Source of the DNA: Mobula hypostoma
Taxonomy: Eukaryota
Length of the DNA stretch: 64,000 nucleotides
Direction of reading: 5' to 3'
NCBI RefSeq assembly: GCF_963921235.1
Contig: NC_086097.1
Coordinates: 231,758,001-231,822,000 of the forward strand
Position numbers and translations under genes: made by a program. Below are positions 61,275-64,000 of this stretch, piece after piece; the first letter of the stretch is position 1, and each line of letters begins with the position of its first letter. The notes under the pieces are model-generated. The model saw only the letters and a list, made by a program, of their open reading frames with translations, searched no databases and was not told the DNA's origin.

Positions 61275-61624
61275 CTCTTTTCTAGTCTAATTTAAGTAGC
61301 AAGCTAATCTGAAAATGTTACTGAATTAGTAGTAATAATATAATAAGGACTTTTTAAAAAAAATCCAAACACTGCCTAACTTTTCAGACAAGTCTGAAAA
61401 GTTCATTGTGAAATGAACTCCCACGGGGAGTAATTACGTTATTGACGTGTAACATCGGTGATATCGAACGCATTGCAGTTTATCGTAATCTCAGCTAGTA
61501 TTACTCTCCTATTTATGAACAAAATAACAGATATTCGAATGAAAAGAATAAAGATTCGCCACCTTTGCCTAACAACTAACAGCTGAAAGTAAACTGAGAA
61601 CCTTGAACAAGACTAGGTTTAGAA

Positions 61625-61850
61625 AAACAAAATGCTGGAGGAACTCAGCAGGCCAGGCAGCATCTATGGGAAAGAGTAAGCAGTCGACGTTTCGGTCAGA
61701 GACCCTTTACTTCTCCTCTGACTTCCTTTCCAGTCCTGAGGAGGTTCTTGGCACGAAAAGTCGACTGTTTACTATTTTCCATAGAAGTTGCCCGGCCAGG
61801 CATATGTGTGTTGCTTTGGATTTCCAGCATATGCAGATTTTCTTGTGTTA
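61625..61850. mobile_element. Degenerate head-to-head PLE terminal insertion in the GATA6 intron; hammerhead-like motif 61731-61767 (+)
   Basis: CAGTC-CTGAGGA-GGTTCTTGGCAC-GAAAA-GTC-GACTG, with an inverted arm at 61627-61707. Confidence 0.8.
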
Positions 61851-63568
61851 GATTTTAGAAAACAGCCCTTATATTATTTATCTCTTTCCCTTGCATTCAT
61901 CCTATAGACCGGCAGTTAATTTATTTGAATTGATAATTTTGTGATATCCATTAAAGAGTACCCCCCCCCCCAGAACAAGTTACCAAAAGTATCAACTTCC
62001 TTTCTCTGGACCATATGCTGGCCAGCCCTGAAACCCAACAGCACTGGTGACCATGTCCTGGTCTCACTTTATCCTGCCTCTGCGAACACATTTATTTCAA
62101 TCAGAGATTTTGTCCGTCGGTTCACGGTTAGCAATTTACACCGAAGGGACATGCAGTACAGGAAAACGGAAATTCCCCAAACCAAACGGATTTGAGAATA
62201 TCAGCATTTGAAGTCGTTCTTCGGAAAAGGCGCGTTACATTAGTTAAAACATTTTCTATTTACACCCTAGTCTCAAATTTAGGTATAATTTTAATTAAAG
62301 TCATTCTAGTTAATGTTCTGCATTTGACATTCTGTGCATTTTTAAATTTAAGCTTTATCTAACCAATGTCAAAAAAAATGGTCTACAGTCTTCCCGAAAG
62401 TCAAATTGCCCAAGCAACATAAACAATTCTTTAAATAAATTCGTAAAACGAAATTGTCATAATCCTGGCGAGCTGTTAATTTGCATATTCATGATATTGT
62501 AATATCGACCTCCCAGACCATAGGAACAGCAGATTGCCGCGCATGGGTGGTGAAAAAGGTTACCAGCAATCTTTACCGTAGGCGCTTTACACCGTTTACT
62601 GGTTCGGACCAGTAAAGATTTTTAAAAAGCCTTGCTGCAAAGGTCAAACCGCAAATCCGAAAATCAAGTTTAATTTCTTCCATATGCTCCTTTTAGTGAC
62701 GTTAGTCGTTCTTATCTTGTCTGACGAACTTTTAAGGGATAAAATGATTTCAAGAACAAGATGTCCATTGCAGTTTGTATTAAAGACAAACACTTAACAC
62801 AGTTGTACTAAATATAAACTTGGAAGTAATTAATTAAATATGTAAGTTGTCTTTAAGTATAACATAGATGTCCCTTTTGATAGCCCATAGCGACATGCCG
62901 CAGTGCGACCCCCAAGGCTTGTCCCGAGTTATCAGTACTTTGGAGTTCCGCCATGTTCGGAGTAAAAGTTATTGTTTATTCCAGTATCTGATTATATTGA
63001 TAGAGGGTTTATTTCCTAACTGATGTGAACAAAGCCGTAGGAGTAAAATCAGGATCATAGGTAGCAACTCAATTCGGGTCGCAAATCGGAGTCTCAGGAT
63101 CACAGTCAGATTCTCGGATCAGAATCTAAATGCCACTCTTTATTCAATGTACTTCACAATCTAAAATCTGTAACAGCTAATTCTTACAATCAAACATAAA
63201 GGAACACTGCATTTTTTTTTGTAAAGCCAAGACTCGCAAATCTGCAGTTACATTTGCACGGTAGACCAGGTAAATCAAAACGAAACAAAAATTACTCCTC
63301 TGTACTGAGTTTTAAGTCTTTAGATGAAGTTAGCTGGTTGTTTTTACAATATTTCACATTGGATACTTGCACATATAATAGTGAATGGAATCTTTCAGTA
63401 TGAAGTTTTATAAGATCACTGCAGATAGCGGAGTAAGTTATTTTACAATAAGTTACACATCACGCAGATGGATCAATTTTATTGAATCTCCACTGCGGCA
63501 GAAACAGTTTTTGGACCAACTGATGGAAAATATGAAATGAATTTTAGGAAATAGGATTTAGTTAAATT

Positions 63569-63795
63569 CACACAAAATGCTGGAGGAACTCAACAACCCG
63601 GGCAACGTCTATGGAAAAGAGTAAACGTCGACTTTTCGGGCCGAGATCCTTCATCATGAGTTCTGATGAAGGGTCTCGGCCTGAAACATCGACTGTATTC
63701 TTTTCCATAGATGCTGCCTGGCCTGCTGAGATCCTCCAGCATTTGTGTGCATTGTTTGGATTTCCAGCATTTGCAGATTTTCTATTGTTTGTGTT
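63569..63795. mobile_element. Head-to-head PLE terminal insertion in the GATA6 intron; hammerhead 63659-63695 (+)
   Basis: AGTT-CTGATGA-AGGGTCTCGGCCT-GAAAC-ATC-GACTG, mirrored by 63569-63656. Confidence 0.85.
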
Positions 63796-64000
63796 GAAAT
63801 AAATTTAGTCCTTATAATCAATACCATCAGTCCGAAACTTTTGAAACGTAACTATTTCGCCCCGGACTGACAAACCCCATAGAAAATGGTACATAAAGTC
63901 TCGCTGTTCTTTTGAGTAATGTATTTGGATGCTATTTTTTGTACAGAGTTGAGGTTGCTGCAGACAATTTACATCCAATCAAATGTTTGTCTCTAGCCTC

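Noticed and set aside
278..63795. Recurrent ~36-nt partly palindromic repeat as a CRISPR array
   Set aside because: Copies are dispersed on both strands with shared flanks and no spacers, in eukaryotic DNA; they are PLE termini.

Overview
Vertebrate genomic DNA, most likely a cartilaginous fish such as a ray or shark (inferred from the repeat landscape). Bases 1 to ~50,600 are a CpG-poor, transposon-dense intergenic region. They hold nested CR1, Rex-Babar/L2-group and RTE LINE fragments, tRNA-derived SINEs, Tc1/pogo and hAT derivatives, one Gypsy RT remnant, and many Penelope-like element (PLE) pieces. Bases ~50,600-64,000 are a transposon-poor, CpG-retaining domain with the 5' end of GATA6 on the + strand: a probable promoter/non-coding exon 1 near 57.2-57.5 kb and the first coding exon (CDS 58978-59848). 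The zinc-finger exons lie beyond the window. The most striking hidden structure is a family of minimal type-I hammerhead ribozyme motifs (AGUC-CUGANGA-A-GGGU-CUCG-GCCY-GAAAC-GUC-GACU) in the PLE terminal repeat. There are about 15 intact or degenerate copies, several as short head-to-head palindromic insertions with long target-site duplications (TSDs) and a hammerhead on each strand. A second PLE hammerhead family and a compact, apparently pseudoknotted RNA fold in an RTE 5' end are also present. All family assignments come from motif recognition, not database searches.
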